This document shows, piece by piece, positions 61,026-64,000 of a stretch of 64,000 nt of DNA; position 1 is the stretch's first letter; each line of letters starts with the position of its first letter. The position numbers and the translations under genes were made by a program. The notes beneath the pieces were generated by a model, which saw nothing but the letters and a program-made list of their open reading frames with translations, searched no databases and was not told the origin of the DNA. Source of the stretch: Gracilinanus agilis (Eukaryota). Location: contig NC_058133.1 in the NCBI RefSeq assembly GCF_016433145.1, forward strand, positions 261,563,836-261,627,835, written 5' to 3'.

Positions 61026-63117
61026 GAATCACAGAATTTCAGATTCTTAACCAAATTTGAATAGGAATCCCTGTTATAGCAAGCCTCAAAAGGATAGCAA
61101 TGGATAGAGTCCCAGGCCTACAGTCAGGAAGACTTACTTCCTAGGTTCAAATCCTCAGATGTGACTCTGGGAAAGTCTCTTCACCCTGTTTGCCTCAGTT
61201 TCCTTATCTGTTAAATGAGCTAGAGAAGGAAACGGAAAACCACTCCCATATCTCTGCCAAGAAAACCCCAGAGTCCTGAAGAGTCAGACAAGGCTGAAAT
61301 GACTGAACAGCAACAAAAGTTTTTCTTTACATAGGCCAGTAATCTGCTTCTCCTTCGTTTTCAGCTATTTCTTCTAGTTCTGCCCACCGGGGCCAAGCAA
61401 AATAAGGATGGGATGGGATAATTTAGAGGCTATAGTCTCTCTGCTTTTTCATCATAGACACAGGCAGGTCCCTGGCAAGAGTTTCCCTGGAAAGGGGGGA
61501 AATTTGAGCCCTTGGAAAGTGGGAGAGAGGAGGTCACAGCAGGAAGAAGGAAAGTCCTCCTCCCTGTGTCCTAAGGAAAACAGAGCAAAGACAGTCCAGA
61601 CAGCTCCCTTTCCGGACGTCCATCCCATCTTCCATGACAGGCAGTTCAGTGAAATGGAGTGGAGGGTGTCTAGGGGCAAAAACTCTGGGCTGTGCCCCAG
61701 ATCCCAGGGAGGGGAGGAATCACCTGGGTTGGGCTGCCCAAGGGCTCAGCAGAAACATATGCAAACTAGTTTAGATAATGAACTGCCTTAAATGTCAGGA
61801 AGGGCCCTGGGCAACGTCTCCTTGTGTAAAGTTTGCTTTGGGAAGGGCTGCTCCACCTGACTGGCAGCTAGACTGGGGGTTGGGGAGGGGGGAGAGAATA
61901 AGATGAGATTATAAGAAAGGAAACTAGAGTGTGAAGGAAGGGATGGGGGGCCAGGTGAGGGGACCAGGGAGGGGAGGGCAATATAGCAGGTGAGATGGGA
62001 GACAGAGGAGGGGGGCAAGAAAGACCGAGGAGGGGACAGGAGGGAGACAGGGGGAGGGGAGAGGGATGGACAGAGTCCTTAGGGAAGGGCATAAGGGCAA
62101 GGGGAATGACTAAAAGTCTGCCAGAGCTCAGTGTCCCTTGCACAGAGCGGGATTTGCTCCCTTGCTCCCCGCAGCCATCTGGAGTCCCATCTCCAGAGTG
62201 AGCTTCTCCACCTGCCAGCCCCATGATGGCTCAGAGCAGAGCTCTTCCTGTCCTCCCTAGGGGAGCCCCAGACAGCTTCTGGCCTTGCACCCATGGCTTT
62301 CTACAGCTGCCATGTCTTGGATGATCAAGGTCCCCAAGGGGCTCTCCCTTGGAGGAGGGCGAGGGTGGATTACCTCAAACCCCAATGGGATACAGGGACA
62401 ACAATGCAGAGTGATTATCTCTGAGATATAAACAGGCAGCTCTGACCTCACTTCACGTCCCCACACAAAGTTGAGGGGCGCCTATTGGGTCTAGCCTCAG
62501 ATTGGGGTGCTGGGAAACCAAAGAATCTGCCATGGCTAAATAAATCTCCAGATTGGAACCAAATCTCCATTCCTCTCCTATCTTTTGGACTACCTGTCTC
62601 CCTCAGCCCATCCTAATCCTGCCTGTCTGGCAAGGTCCAGCTCATATTCCATTTCCTCCTCCAACTCTTCTAGATCTTTTGATTACATAGTTCAGTGACT
62701 TGCCCAGAGTCACACAGCTGGGAAGTGTTGCTGTTCAGGAACCTTCACGTGAGATGTTATCGGCAAAGATACTGGAGGTATTTGCTATTTCCTTCTCCAA
62801 CTCATTTGACAAATGGGGAAACTGAGATAAATGGAGTTAAGTGATTTGCCCAGGGTCACACAGCTAGCAAGTATTTGAGGCCACATTTAAACTCAGAAGA
62901 TGAGTCTTCCTGCACCATCTAATTTGGCTCATATCCTCATGGCTATTCAGAGGTTAGTTACCCATGAAAGAAGAATCATAGAAAGTAGATAAATATGAGA
63001 GAAGAAGCCCTGATGAACTTTAAGCTTAATTGCCAGTGACTCACTGCATGATGTTCAGTGAGTCGCCTCTCCTTGGTCCTCAGTTTCCTCCTCTATAAAG
63101 AAAGAATTGGACTAGGT

Positions 63118-63501
63118 CGGTGATGGCAAACCTATGGCACGTGTGTCAGTGCTGACACATGTAGGCATTTTTGATGACACACAGCCACATATAGAGAAGA
63201 ACAAGGCAGCATGCCGAGGATGAAACATTTGCTGTGGAGTAGTGTAGACACTCTGTGCACTATATATGACAATTCTACCTATATTAATTTACCTATTTTG
63301 GTTTAGTAAATACAGTTATAGGCTATATTTGATATGTATTTGTATTTGTATACTGTATTTGATAAAAGTGATACATTTTTGTTATTTAAACTATAAATAT
63401 CACCAAATTATGTTTTTTTCTTAAAGTGACACACCACCTGAGTTATGCTCGGTTTTTTGGCAAATTTTGACACACCAAGTTCAAAAGGTTGCCCAGCACT
63501 G
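63118..63501 (+). mobile_element. Non-autonomous hAT element (384 bp) with CAGTGATGG..AACCT-type termini
   Basis: The ends are cggtgatggcaaacct ... aggttgcccagcactg (12/16 inverted match). No intact 8-bp TSD was found. Confidence 0.78.
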
Positions 63502-64000
63502 TCTCTCAGTCCTTTAGCATTCTAATGCTCTTATGGTTGTAGAATTGTTCAATCAGCATTTATTAGGCTCTTTACTGGCTCTGACATTTATTGCTTGTGT
63601 GGCCACTTAGCCTCAATGGGACTCAGTTTCCTCATATGTAAAATCAAGGCAAAGACACCAGGGATATGATAAGAAGAATTAAATAGTCCAATGATGCATG
63701 CAAATGTCTTTGAAAAAGAAATGCTTCCTATCATTTTCCAGTACCACACAAAGCTGAGAGAGAGAAACTCATTTCAGGCCCAGATTTATATCCTATCTGG
63801 TCTGACAACATGGACATCAGAAGTGGACAAAAAGGGGCAGCAAAAAGTGGCTGGAATCAAGAGGACCTAGGTTCAAATCTGGCCTCAGACCCTTCCTGAT
63901 TGTGTGACTCTGGGCAAGTCACTTAACTCTGCTTAGTTTTTGCTTCTTTTCTATCTTAGCACTAATACTAAGACAAAAAGTAAGGTTTTTTTCAAGAAGT

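Noticed and set aside
41900-64000. Attempt to place the non-coding SPDEF first exon
   Set aside because: No segment matched my recollection of the eutherian 5' UTR in the correct orientation, and the candidate donors were not distinguishable, so it was left unannotated.

Overview
This is marsupial genomic DNA, most likely a didelphid opossum: the repeats are SINE1_Mdo-type, MAR1-type and opossum-type L1 3' ends. It is not prokaryotic, and I found no CRISPR array, rRNA or tRNA gene. Two convergent genes are present. On + are the last two coding exons of PACSIN1 (NPF linker and SH3 domain; 4392-4579, 5133-5242). On - is the complete five-exon CDS of SPDEF (39805 to 15480; 990 nt, 329 aa, PNT and ETS domains, all GT-AG junctions in phase). 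The rest is UTR, intron and intergenic DNA packed with SINEs, L1/L2/CR1 fragments, two solo LTRs, hAT MITEs, simple repeats and five short N gaps. The most unusual observation is that each gene has a decayed short copy of one exon's 3' end, including the splice-donor flank, 1.4-2.3 kb from the real exon (6856-6924 and 40800-40864). Other points of interest are a sense-oriented solo LTR with a strong donor upstream of the SPDEF coding exons, an intronic CpG-rich patch, a nested-insertion stack with a preserved empty site, young hAT MITEs, a 102-bp higher-order array built from a MIR3-type tail, and a palindromic two-way poly(A) signal between the genes. I could not establish a new biological system. 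Repeat family names are from recall and need RepeatMasker/Dfam confirmation.
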